A stretch of DNA of 63,936 nt, counting the filler, from an uncultured bacterium (lineage in GTDB: Bacteria > Hinthialibacterota > Hinthialibacteria > Hinthialibacterales > Hinthialibacteraceae), in assembly GCA_964449065.1 (NCBI GenBank). It is 4 parts of 4 records of this genome, joined end to end, with 100 filler letters (N's around TTAATTAATTAA, not from the genome) between each part and the next. Parts side by side here need not be neighbours in the genome. Positions count along the whole stretch, not along the records: positions 48,973 to 63,936 come from CAYVAZ010000108.1; 3 more parts are not named here. One strand, written 5' to 3'. How positions within the stretch are numbered: the stretch's first letter is position 1; the number at the start of each line of letters is the position of its first letter. The notes under the pieces were generated by a model that saw nothing but the letters and a program-made list of their open reading frames with translations, did not search any database and was not told the origin of the DNA. The translations under genes were made by a program, and so were the position numbers. Positions 55,398 to 63,936 of this stretch are shown in pieces.

Positions 55398-56366
55398 GTG
55401 GGGATTTCTATTCAAAAACAATTTCTGCGGTATGGGCGTTCGCTCGGTCCTTTGGCTGGGCTTTTGTTGTTGTGTATTGCACTGTGGATTGCGACGCCGC
55501 ATTTTTTAACGTGGAACAATCTCGCCAACGTTTTGCAGCAATCAACCATCAACGCGATTTTGGCATTGGGGATGACATTTGTAATTCTTACGGCGGGGAT
55601 TGATCTCTCGGTGGGATCAGTACTCGCGTTTGCCGGCGTGGTAGCCGCTTGGAGCATGCACGCCGGGGCACCTACGCCCATGGGAATCCTGACAGGGATT
55701 TTGGTGGGCACTGCTTGCGGAACCGTGAACGGGCTATTGATATCATTCGGCCGCCTGCCCCCGTTTATTGTCACATTAGGCATGATGGGCGTGGCCCGCG
55801 GGGCCGCGTTGATGTTTTCGGACGCGCGGCCGATATCCGGTTTTTCGGATGCGTTCCGTTGGCTGGCACGGGGAGAGATCGGCTTGCCCAACTTTATATG
55901 GATCCTTCTTATATTATACGGAATCGCGTTTGTCTTGCTCAACTTTACCCGCTTCGGACGGTTTACCTATTCGATTGGAGGCAACGAGCAGGCAGCGCTA
56001 CTTTCCGGCGTGCCCGTGCGTTCTTACAAAACGTTAATTTATGCGTTAAGCGGTTTTGCCGCGGGAATCGCGGCGGTCTTGCAAACCGCGCGGCTGGATT
56101 CCGCCACCCCCAACGCGGGAGAAATGTTCGAACTGGATGCGATAGCGGCAACCGTCATCGGCGGCACCAGCTTGATGGGCGGCGAGGGCAACGTCTTCGG
56201 TACTCTGATCGGCGCGTTGATCATCGGGGTGCTGCGCAATGGATTGAACCTGTTAGCAATCTCATCCAATGCGCAAAGTTTGGTCATTGGCGCGGTGATC
56301 GTAATATCCGCATTGTTGGATGTCTATATTAAGTCGCATAAAACAGTGGGAGGAACAAACGGATGA
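55398..56366 (+). CDS. Sugar ABC transporter permease (RbsC-like)
   Basis: GIDLSVG, PPFIVTLG, GGNEQAA and ELDAIAATVIGG. Confidence 0.93.
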   Translation: MGISIQKQFLRYGRSLGPLAGLLLLCIALWIATPHFLTWNNLANVLQQSTINAILALGMTFVILTAGIDLSVGSVLAFAGVVAAWSMHAGAPTPMGILTGILVGTACGTVNGLLISFGRLPPFIVTLGMMGVARGAALMFSDARPISGFSDAFRWLARGEIGLPNFIWILLILYGIAFVLLNFTRFGRFTYSIGGNEQAALLSGVPVRSYKTLIYALSGFAAGIAAVLQTARLDSATPNAGEMFELDAIAATVIGGTSLMGGEGNVFGTLIGALIIGVLRNGLNLLAISSNAQSLVIGAVIVISALLDVYIKSHKTVGGTNG

Positions 56367-57307
56367 AACGATTATGGATATGGTGTTTTGCTCTTATCGT
56401 GAGTGGGGTAATGGTTGGCTGCAACCGTGGAACGGATACCGGTGCGGACAGCAATGCAACACCACGCATCGCCTTTGTGATGAAATCCTTAAATAACCCG
56501 TTCTTTATTCAAATGGAAGAAGGAGCGAAAGAAGAGGCGGCAAAACAAGGCGTGGAACTCATCGTGCAGGCGGCACAGCGTGAAGTGGATGTGGAACGCC
56601 AGATGCAAATTGTCGAGAATTTGATTCAAACCCAGGTGGATGCGATTTGCCTGACTCCCAGCGGATCAACAGAAATATTACCCGCCATTCAAAAAGCGAA
56701 TGAAGCGGGGATTCCGGTGTTGATTGTGGATTCCGGTATCGATGAAGAAGCGGCAAACGCTATGGAAGTTGAAACAACAACGTTTATCGGTTCGGACAAT
56801 TATCAAGGCGGAAAACTCGCCGGGGAATTTATGATCAAGCGGTTTTCTGAGCCAGCCGAAGTGGGGGTGCTAGAAGGCATTCCCGGACATGAAACCGGTG
56901 ACGCCCGGTTGCGCGGTTTTATGGACGCGGTCAATCAGGCCAATCATATCAAAGTGGTTGCTTCGCAGCCGGCGGATTCGGAACGGGCGAAAGGGTTCGA
57001 TGTCTTTCAAAACATGCTGCAAACCTATCCCAACATCAAAGGCTTGTTTGCCGCCAATGATATGATGGCGCTGGGCGCGATGGAAGCGATTGACCAAGCC
57101 GGAAAAACCGGAGAGATCGTCGTGATCGGCTTTGACGCGGTGGATGAAGCGCGCAAGGCAATTGACGAAGGGCGCATGGCGGCATCTGTCGCGCAAAATC
57201 CCGCCGAAATGGGACGTGTGGGTGTGGCAACCGCGCTAGAAGTCATCAACGGCGAATCCGTGCCGGATGTGATTCCGGTCGCGATTGAACTGGTTGTGAA
57301 AGAATAA
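56363..57307 (+). CDS. Sugar ABC transporter substrate-binding lipoprotein (RbsB-like)
   Basis: Lipobox-like MVGC, NNPFF, GSDNYQGG, ANDMMALG and VIGFD. Confidence 0.92.
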   Translation: MKRLWIWCFALIVSGVMVGCNRGTDTGADSNATPRIAFVMKSLNNPFFIQMEEGAKEEAAKQGVELIVQAAQREVDVERQMQIVENLIQTQVDAICLTPSGSTEILPAIQKANEAGIPVLIVDSGIDEEAANAMEVETTTFIGSDNYQGGKLAGEFMIKRFSEPAEVGVLEGIPGHETGDARLRGFMDAVNQANHIKVVASQPADSERAKGFDVFQNMLQTYPNIKGLFAANDMMALGAMEAIDQAGKTGEIVVIGFDAVDEARKAIDEGRMAASVAQNPAEMGRVGVATALEVINGESVPDVIPVAIELVVKE

Positions 57308-57408
57308 TACCATTTCCAACTAGGATTGTAAATTTAGCCCGGCGATAAGCCTCAGCGAAAGAAGGACTTTGCACCTTTCTTACCTGACAATCCTAAATAA
57401 CACTGGTA
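57308..57408. mobile_element. MITE family B inserted at the binding-protein stop codon
   Basis: TACCA...TAGGATTG / CAATCCTA...TGGTA, flanked by TAA at 57305-57307 (the stop) and 57409-57411. Confidence 0.75.
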
Positions 57409-57463
57409 TAAAGTCTCGCCGACGCGGGCGGTAGGTCAGAAAGACGCGGCCCAATTTTATCAC

Positions 57464-58897
57464 TCACTGCCCCTGGCCCGGCGGGGCCGGGATAGCGATA
57501 TCAATTTCATTGACTTCACCCAACTTTGATAAAGGTTCATCAAATAGATCTGAATTGCCGACTGCCAGGATGCGCATTTGATCTGGCTTCAGGTACTTCT
57601 TCGCGACCCGCAACACATCTTCTTTGGTCACATCTTCGATTTCTTCTTTGGTCTTCAGCAAAAAGTCTTGGGGATAGCCGAAGTATTCGTATGTCATTCT
57701 GCGGGTTAGGATTTCACTGGGTTCATCAAAATCAAATACGAATGAATTTAAATAACTGTCTTTCGCGAGGCTGAGTTCTTCATCGGTCACCCTCTCGGAT
57801 TTCATTCTCTCTACCTCAGCGATGATGCCTTCAATCGCTTTCATGGTGGATTCACCCTTGGTCATGCAGACAAGCGTAAATACGCCCGGAATGCTGTAGT
57901 TAAACCCATATCCGCCGCCAACGGAATAAGCCAAGCCTTGGCGGGAGCGGATATTCTTCACCAAGCGGCTGGAAAACCCGCTTCCCAAAATGGTGTTCAT
58001 GATCACCAGTTCGGGGTAATCCGGTGAATCGCGCATCCCGCCGATGTGCCCCATGCGGATATTGGTTTGGTTGATATCCGGCTTATTGATAAAATAGACA
58101 GCTGAGTCAAACTCATAACTGACCTCTTCCAGTTCCGGACGCGTAAAGTCTGGATTCTTTTTCCAGTCCGCAAACACCGCTTTGATCTTTTCGATCATTT
58201 CTTCCGTATCAAAATCGCCGTAAATCCCCAGCATAACGTTGTTGGGATGAAAGTATTTCGCGTGAAAGTCAATCAAATCCTGCCGTTGTATCGCGGCGAT
58301 GGTGGCGTATTCCGTGTGCCGCGCGTATGGGCTTTTACCGCCGTAGATAATCTTTTGAAATTCACGGGAGGTAATGCTGCCGGGGTCATCGTTGCGGCGG
58401 GCAATGCCGCTCATTTCCTGAACCTTGGCCAACTGAATCTTGTCTTCCGGGAACGCGGGATTCATGATGACATCGGCAAAGATGGACAGGGTGGTATCCA
58501 GGTTTACCTTAAGAGTTGAAAGGGAGGCGGAACCGGTGGTAAGACCGATACTGGTTTCAACCGATGACGCGATGCGTTCCAACTCTTCATCCATTTGCTC
58601 ACCGGGCATGGATTCCGAACCGCCGGTGCGCATGACGCTGCCGGTGATGCCAGCCAAACCGATTTTGTCTTCCGGTTCATAGACTGAGCCAACACCGATA
58701 AACGAAGTCATTTCGATCAGCGGCAGTTCGTGGTCTTCCACCAAAAACAAAATCATGCCGTTATCCAGTTCCACCCGGTTGATTTCCGGCATTTGAACTT
58801 CTTGCAATTTCGGGAACGTCAACTCTTCATAGTCTTTTTGTGCGTGCGCAAAAATAGAGAACATCATCAAAGTCAGAATCAATAGGGTTCGAATCAT
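57464..58897 (-). CDS. M16 family peptidase, non-catalytic subunit (secreted)
   Basis: LDNGM, EDHELP and SSRLVKNIRSRQGLAY. Lacks HxxEH. Confidence 0.88.
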   Translation of the reverse strand: MIRTLLILTLMMFSIFAHAQKDYEELTFPKLQEVQMPEINRVELDNGMILFLVEDHELPLIEMTSFIGVGSVYEPEDKIGLAGITGSVMRTGGSESMPGEQMDEELERIASSVETSIGLTTGSASLSTLKVNLDTTLSIFADVIMNPAFPEDKIQLAKVQEMSGIARRNDDPGSITSREFQKIIYGGKSPYARHTEYATIAAIQRQDLIDFHAKYFHPNNVMLGIYGDFDTEEMIEKIKAVFADWKKNPDFTRPELEEVSYEFDSAVYFINKPDINQTNIRMGHIGGMRDSPDYPELVIMNTILGSGFSSRLVKNIRSRQGLAYSVGGGYGFNYSIPGVFTLVCMTKGESTMKAIEGIIAEVERMKSERVTDEELSLAKDSYLNSFVFDFDEPSEILTRRMTYEYFGYPQDFLLKTKEEIEDVTKEDVLRVAKKYLKPDQMRILAVGNSDLFDEPLSKLGEVNEIDIAIPAPPGQGQ

Positions 58898-58924
58898 GGG
58901 TTTACCTTTCATCATCATGTGTTC

Positions 58925-60436
58925 TTATCGGGATTGGTCCGGCGCCTGGGTGACGATATAGCCGGTGGTTTTGTTGGATTCGTTAAAATACGTATTGGCG
59001 ACCCGCTTAATGTCTTCAGCGGTTACGGCATCGATTTGATCCAACTGCTTAAACAGGTTGCGCCAGTCTCCGGTGATGACTTGATAAAAGGTGAGTTGTG
59101 ACGCCAGGCCGGAATTGGAATCGAGTTGGCGGATCAGCGAAGCCCGCGCGCGGGTTTTGGCTTTTTCCAAATCCTCTTCCGATACCAATTCGCTTTTGAG
59201 TGTTTCAATTTCTTCCTCGATGGCGGTTTCATTGGTTTCGTTATCACGTCCCTGGGCGGCAAATGAATAGAAGATGAAGAGTCCGGGATATTTGTCACCA
59301 ACCAATCCGGCAAACGCGCCCGCGCCGGCAGAGCATTTTTTATCCCGCACCAAACTGCGGTAAAGGCGGGAGGTTCTGCCGGCTCCTAAAATATCGGTAA
59401 TGGCATCAAACACCGCGTTATCGGGATGGTTGATGCTGGGTTTGTGATAACCGATTAACACCAGCGGCTGCGCGGCCGTGAGAACCGTACAAGTACGCGG
59501 ACCATTTTGTTCCGGTTCCTTGGTTTCCACCGGTCCCGGCTTTTCGCCTTGCTGTAAGCGTCCAAAGTATTTGTTCGCGAGTTCTTTCACTTCATCCGGG
59601 TCAACATCCCCCACAATAGCAGAGGTAAGGTTTTCCGGGCCGTAGTATTTATCGAACCACGCTTTGGCCTCATCCCGTGTATAGGTTTCAATATCCGAGC
59701 GGTGGCCGATAGGAGGTTCGCCGTAGGGATGCGCTTTATAGGCCGTGGCCAAAAAGTCTTCGATCAGTTTGCCGACCGGATTGCTTTCGGTCCGCATGCG
59801 GCGTTCTTCCATTACCACTTGCTTCTCTTTATAAAACTCACGCAGTACGGGTTGGTAAAAGCGTTCCGATTCCATCAGCATCCACAGTTCGAGTTTGTTG
59901 GCGGGCAGGCTGTAGAAGTAGTTGGTGGAATCGTGTCCCGTCGTAGCGTTCATGCCTTCGGCACCTTCGCGGTCTAGGATCAGGTCGTATTCATCCAACT
60001 CGCGGTATTGATTGACTTCTTCTTGCAGGGCCATGAATCGCGCCATGCTTTTTTGTAAGGTTTCTTGATCGCCTTCCCGCTTTGCCTTTTTGATCCGCAC
60101 AAACAGTTCATCCATCTCATCCATCAATTCGAGTTCTTTTTCGATGTTTTTTGACCCAATCGACCGGCTGCCTTTAAACGCCATGTGTTCAAACATGTGC
60201 GCCATGCCGGTAACGCCTTTGTATTCGTCCACCGATCCGACATTGGCGTGAGTGTGGAAGGACACCACCGGCGCGTCATGCCGCTCATAAACAATGAAGC
60301 GCATGCCGTTATCGAGGGTGAATTCGGTAATATTTCTCTCAAAGTCTTCAAAATCTTGCCCAACAGCTAATGGCGTGAACAGCAATGTTGTGCAAATGCC
60401 GGTGAGCAGCAATACAGAATAGTTTGGTATGGCCAT
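58925..60436 (-). CDS. M16 family peptidase, catalytic subunit (secreted)
   Basis: HMFEH zinc motif, NATT and EERRMR. Signal peptide and AAGGAG RBS. Confidence 0.92.
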   Translation of the reverse strand: MAIPNYSVLLLTGICTTLLFTPLAVGQDFEDFERNITEFTLDNGMRFIVYERHDAPVVSFHTHANVGSVDEYKGVTGMAHMFEHMAFKGSRSIGSKNIEKELELMDEMDELFVRIKKAKREGDQETLQKSMARFMALQEEVNQYRELDEYDLILDREGAEGMNATTGHDSTNYFYSLPANKLELWMLMESERFYQPVLREFYKEKQVVMEERRMRTESNPVGKLIEDFLATAYKAHPYGEPPIGHRSDIETYTRDEAKAWFDKYYGPENLTSAIVGDVDPDEVKELANKYFGRLQQGEKPGPVETKEPEQNGPRTCTVLTAAQPLVLIGYHKPSINHPDNAVFDAITDILGAGRTSRLYRSLVRDKKCSAGAGAFAGLVGDKYPGLFIFYSFAAQGRDNETNETAIEEEIETLKSELVSEEDLEKAKTRARASLIRQLDSNSGLASQLTFYQVITGDWRNLFKQLDQIDAVTAEDIKRVANTYFNESNKTTGYIVTQAPDQSR

Positions 60437-60545
60437 GTTGATCTCCTTATCACAGTGAGAGCATTTCATATTGAACATTTATTCGTTTGGTTGTATCAAA
60501 TGCCTTTCATTGAGTGTAGCAATTTTCGTGCGCGGGATCATGGAT

Positions 60546-63500
60546 TTATTCTTTTATGCCCCGTGTATTCAAAAAGTCTTTTCCATGTATCGCGGCCGGT
60601 TTGTGTATGGTTCCATGAACGTATGAGCTGATGGCGGTTCCGTCGTTGGTGTTGATGTCGAAATCGACCTGTACTTGCATGGCCGATTCGATGGCAGGGA
60701 TGGAGAGAAACACGCTTTTACGATCTTGCGACAATGTTACTTGCTCGATGTCCCAACGCGTGACGCCTTCATTGCCATTTAAGTCAAAATTGGGAGAGCC
60801 GTATTTGACACTCCATTCGTAATTCCACGCGCGGGCTTCATAGTTGGAGACGGTTTGGGAACGGATTTCATTCAACGGTGTGGTGAAGGAAATGACAATG
60901 CCGTCTTGCACCGCGTGAAAGCCGTTTGGAACATTCAAAGCGTCCTTATTCATGCGAACACGGTAGAATCCGCCTGGATATTGGTTATCCGCGGACCAGC
61001 CGAAGAGACCGCAAACGTACAGGCTGCCATCACGCGGGTGAAACCGCCCCCGCATAATGCCGGTGGGAAACTCCATCGGCAATGGTGTCACCGCGCCCTG
61101 CGTCATGCCGTCCACGTTCTCTTGCAGCACCAAAAACGGGGCGCCTTGCCCGTATGATAAACTGATTAAGTGATCTTCCAGAATCCCCCAATCCTCTTCC
61201 GCTACCACAAATGAACTGGGAGAGCGGTCGATGGCAGGATGAATCCAGCAAACCGGAGGGACAAATGTATCCACACGAATCCCTTGAATCCATGCCCATT
61301 GGTTGCCGTGAAACTGGCCGGGCTGCACGCGGGTGATCTTGTTTGCGGGCATCCAATAGCCTTCTTGGTCTGTCCCGTAAAAGACGCCATCGCTATCGAG
61401 ACAGACTCCGTTTGATGCCCGGAACCCGCGCGCGATCACTTTGCTTTGCTTTCCGTCGTTTGAGATTTTCACCAGCGTGCCGTGATGGGGATGCAATGCG
61501 GGCAATCCGTGCTGGGCGCCTTTCATGGTATAAAAGTTGCCGTCCGTGTCGGTTTGCAGTTCCATACAGGGTTCATGAAAATGCTCGGAATTCATGATAT
61601 CGTTGTTGAAATTTTCGTAAAAATCGGTTTCATCATCGCCGTTGAGGTCGTGCAGTTTGGTGAGTTGATTGCGGTCGATCACATAGATTTCATCCGCCAC
61701 GATTTTTAAGCCAAGGGGTTGGTGCAGCCCTGTTGCGATTCGCTGCCATGTGAGGGAATCCATATCGTCGTCGATTCCCCGGACGATCCATACGTCGCCG
61801 CTCCAGGTGCAGATGGCCGCGCTGCTTCCGTCTGAAAAGAAATCGAACCCGCCGAAACGCATCCATGAATCCCACGGATTTTGCTCGGGATCGGTGACTT
61901 CCATGATGGGGAAGACTTGGTTTTGTTGGTTGAGTTCGCTTTCCAGCAGGGATAAATCTGCCGCGAAATCATTGATGCCGGAATAAAACCCCTGTTGTTT
62001 CCATACATTGACCGATTGGGTTTGCCCGGACGCGGGGATTTGTAAGGCGACTTCATTGCCGTTTTGAACCCATTGGATGTTAGAATTAGTCCCGGCAATT
62101 CCTATCATATCAGCCAGGCGAACATCCGCGGCGGCGATGAGGGTTTGGATTTCATCGATCGTAAGTTCTTTGTTGAAAATGCGCAGTTCATCGATCTTGC
62201 CGCTGAAATGGGTTTCGCTTGGGAAGTTTTCGGCCGTGTATCCCAGTTGCAGGGTAAAGTCTTCAAGATTCCATTCGGATTCGGGGATGAATTCACCGCC
62301 GACAGCGTGTTTGCCGTCAACGTAAATAACCGCGGATTTGGCTTGATGTAGCCAGATCAATGTGACATGATGCCATTTGCCGTCATCCACCCGCCGCGCG
62401 GTCGAAGCCACCGAACCAACCCAGCCCATATCAAAGGTAACGTGGCCGTCACGGACGAACAGGGTGATTCCGCCGGGAACCCATTCATTGTGAAGCAACG
62501 TCTTGGATAAGATTGTGCCGTCATACTCCGTGTTGATCCAGCAGGTAAATGTCAGGTCGGTATTTCGGAGATCGATGGCGTCATCGTTCTCAACGATGGC
62601 ATGTCCGGTTCCTTCAAACTCAAGCGACCGCCCCACCACCCCCCGGCGCCAGCGGGTGTCTTCAAGTTGGATGTCGCCCGCGATTCCTTCCTGCATCATG
62701 GCGGTATTGCCTGAGCCTTCATCGAAAGGCCAATAGCCGATCCGGTGTTCTTTCAGTTGATCAAGTTTGAATTGAATGCTTTTTTGATCTTGTTGAGCGG
62801 AAGCATTCACCAAGAAGGTATCCTCTACTGACGCAGGGAAATCAACCGGGCTCAATGAACTTTTCGTAAGCAAAACCGCTTCGCTTTCTTCGATTTCCGC
62901 TATGTGGATGTGTTGCTCCGTATCGCTGGGAGGCGCGGTAATTTGATCGGCTTTGCTGGTATATTGCAGCGGCGCGCCTTGGGTGGATATGGTTTGATCC
63001 CACCTTGGGGGCCCGCCTTGGGTGAATTGGGTTAAGGAAGGGGCGGTTTTGCTCTTCTGTATCAGCGCGGCGAATTCCGGTGCGTGAGCTTTTTCTCCAC
63101 TCCAAAGATAAATGTTAACGTGCGTCTCGTTCCCGCTTGGAGGTATTTGCAATCGAAGGTGGCCGTCTTTCGTCAGCCATCGGCTGCCATCTGGCGCGCC
63201 TTTTGCCCCTACCGCGAGAATGGTTGAAGAGTCTTGTTGAAACATCACGAGTGATTGGGTTGTTTCATCCGTTGCGGGTTGAAGTGAATTGAGAGACCGA
63301 AATTCAGCGGGAGAATGTTCTTCAAACAGAATTTCAACTCGATGTTCAATTTCCCTGGGTTCTAAATGGATTGTACGGGTAAATGCGGTAAGATCATTGT
63401 GATACGTGAGGCTGGGCATATCCAGAATTTGCGTGCCGCTGATTTCATAAGATAGGATCACGTTTTGTCCGTGCAGATAGAGACCGTTCCAGCGCCCCCA

Positions 63501-63935
63501 ATATTCGGGCAGGTGATCATAAATATACCCACGCGGGTCGTCAAACACGCCAAACTTGCCCCAACCGGGAATGGGCTTGGTTACCCAAAGAGGGTCGCCA
63601 TCGATCTTGGGGTAGACACCGTGTTTGCCGTCAAACACGATACCATTCATTTCAATGAATCCATCCTGCCAACCGGCGCTATAACGGAGCAGGTTGGTAT
63701 CGAACAAGACGGATTCACCGTTTTTACCTCCCCAATTTTTGCTTAATGGTATTGCGATGCCTTTGTAAGCGAAGTTTTCCGGTGTGACCTCAATCGCCGC
63801 GCTAAGGTAGGGGCCGTAATTCATATCCAGCCAAGGTTTGCCGGTTTTTTCCTGGGACTGGGCGTTGGGTAGCATTGAAACGCCCGCGTGCTGGCCCAGG
63901 AAGCTGTGGTAGCCGCGGCGGTGCTCCACGTCCCG
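60546..63935 (-). CDS. DUF6797-like protein with inserted LamG/concanavalin domain (5' end probably outside the window)
   Basis: MNYGP...FDTNLLRY N-domain, YWPFDEGSG...DGKWHHV...FSGKIDELRIF LamG, and NPWDSWMRF...GLHQPLG...DQEGYW C-domain. Frame open to the window edge. Confidence 0.75.
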   Translation of the reverse strand, partial: RDVEHRRGYHSFLGQHAGVSMLPNAQSQEKTGKPWLDMNYGPYLSAAIEVTPENFAYKGIAIPLSKNWGGKNGESVLFDTNLLRYSAGWQDGFIEMNGIVFDGKHGVYPKIDGDPLWVTKPIPGWGKFGVFDDPRGYIYDHLPEYWGRWNGLYLHGQNVILSYEISGTQILDMPSLTYHNDLTAFTRTIHLEPREIEHRVEILFEEHSPAEFRSLNSLQPATDETTQSLVMFQQDSSTILAVGAKGAPDGSRWLTKDGHLRLQIPPSGNETHVNIYLWSGEKAHAPEFAALIQKSKTAPSLTQFTQGGPPRWDQTISTQGAPLQYTSKADQITAPPSDTEQHIHIAEIEESEAVLLTKSSLSPVDFPASVEDTFLVNASAQQDQKSIQFKLDQLKEHRIGYWPFDEGSGNTAMMQEGIAGDIQLEDTRWRRGVVGRSLEFEGTGHAIVENDDAIDLRNTDLTFTCWINTEYDGTILSKTLLHNEWVPGGITLFVRDGHVTFDMGWVGSVASTARRVDDGKWHHVTLIWLHQAKSAVIYVDGKHAVGGEFIPESEWNLEDFTLQLGYTAENFPSETHFSGKIDELRIFNKELTIDEIQTLIAAADVRLADMIGIAGTNSNIQWVQNGNEVALQIPASGQTQSVNVWKQQGFYSGINDFAADLSLLESELNQQNQVFPIMEVTDPEQNPWDSWMRFGGFDFFSDGSSAAICTWSGDVWIVRGIDDDMDSLTWQRIATGLHQPLGLKIVADEIYVIDRNQLTKLHDLNGDDETDFYENFNNDIMNSEHFHEPCMELQTDTDGNFYTMKGAQHGLPALHPHHGTLVKISNDGKQSKVIARGFRASNGVCLDSDGVFYGTDQEGYWMPANKITRVQPGQFHGNQWAWIQGIRVDTFVPPVCWIHPAIDRSPSSFVVAEEDWGILEDHLISLSYGQGAPFLVLQENVDGMTQGAVTPLPMEFPTGIMRGRFHPRDGSLYVCGLFGWSADNQYPGGFYRVRMNKDALNVPNGFHAVQDGIVISFTTPLNEIRSQTVSNYEARAWNYEWSVKYGSPNFDLNGNEGVTRWDIEQVTLSQDRKSVFLSIPAIESAMQVQVDFDINTNDGTAISSYVHGTIHKPAAIHGKDFLNTRGIKE

Positions 63936-63936
63936 G

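Noticed and set aside
55649..56332. Long alternative-frame and antisense ORFs (e.g. 55649-56332, 8683-9285, 43843-44436, 49199-49771)
   Set aside because: Shadows of well-supported genes, with no independent motifs.

Overview
This window is four unlinked contigs of a draft genome or MAG. They are joined by 100-bp N-TTAATTAATTAA-N linkers at 16263-16362, 32620-32719 and 48873-48972. The two complete contigs are 16,257 and 16,153 bp, so they appear sorted by size, and adjacency across linkers means nothing. Contig 1: SAM methyltransferase, an atypical sigma-70 behind a sigma54-like promoter, a GT-C-like membrane protein, PFOR with its DHOD-like partner, a Tat-exported Gfo/Idh/MocA oxidoreductase, and hypF'CDE. 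Contig 2: D-cysteine desulfhydrase, bactofilin, a ~1850-aa secreted mosaic protein (degenerate metzincin-like region, PPC domain, 14 WD40 repeats, five copies of an unrecognised domain), hemA-hemE-hemN-hemY-hemC, and two bacterial PH-domain proteins. Contig 3: TRAP transporter, Ser/Thr kinase-TPR with a metallophosphoesterase, a coiled-coil orphan, ilvD, higBA, a GH88-like gene, bioF and a CAAX protease. Contig 4: truncated ATPase, DUF4432 epimerase, guaA, an AT-rich PtuAB/Septu-like pair, myo-inositol oxygenase with a sugar ABC permease and binding protein, an M16 peptidase pair, and a DUF6797-LamG protein. Intergenic DNA is dense with two MITE families that often insert exactly at stop codons, nest inside each other and carry variable REP-like cargo. 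Two 3' UTRs carry hairpins with UCCC-rich (anti-Shine-Dalgarno-like) loops that may be sRNAs. No CRISPR array, tRNA, rRNA or autonomous transposase was seen. The protein style recalls candidate phylum OLB16/Hinthialibacterota; that is from memory and unverified.
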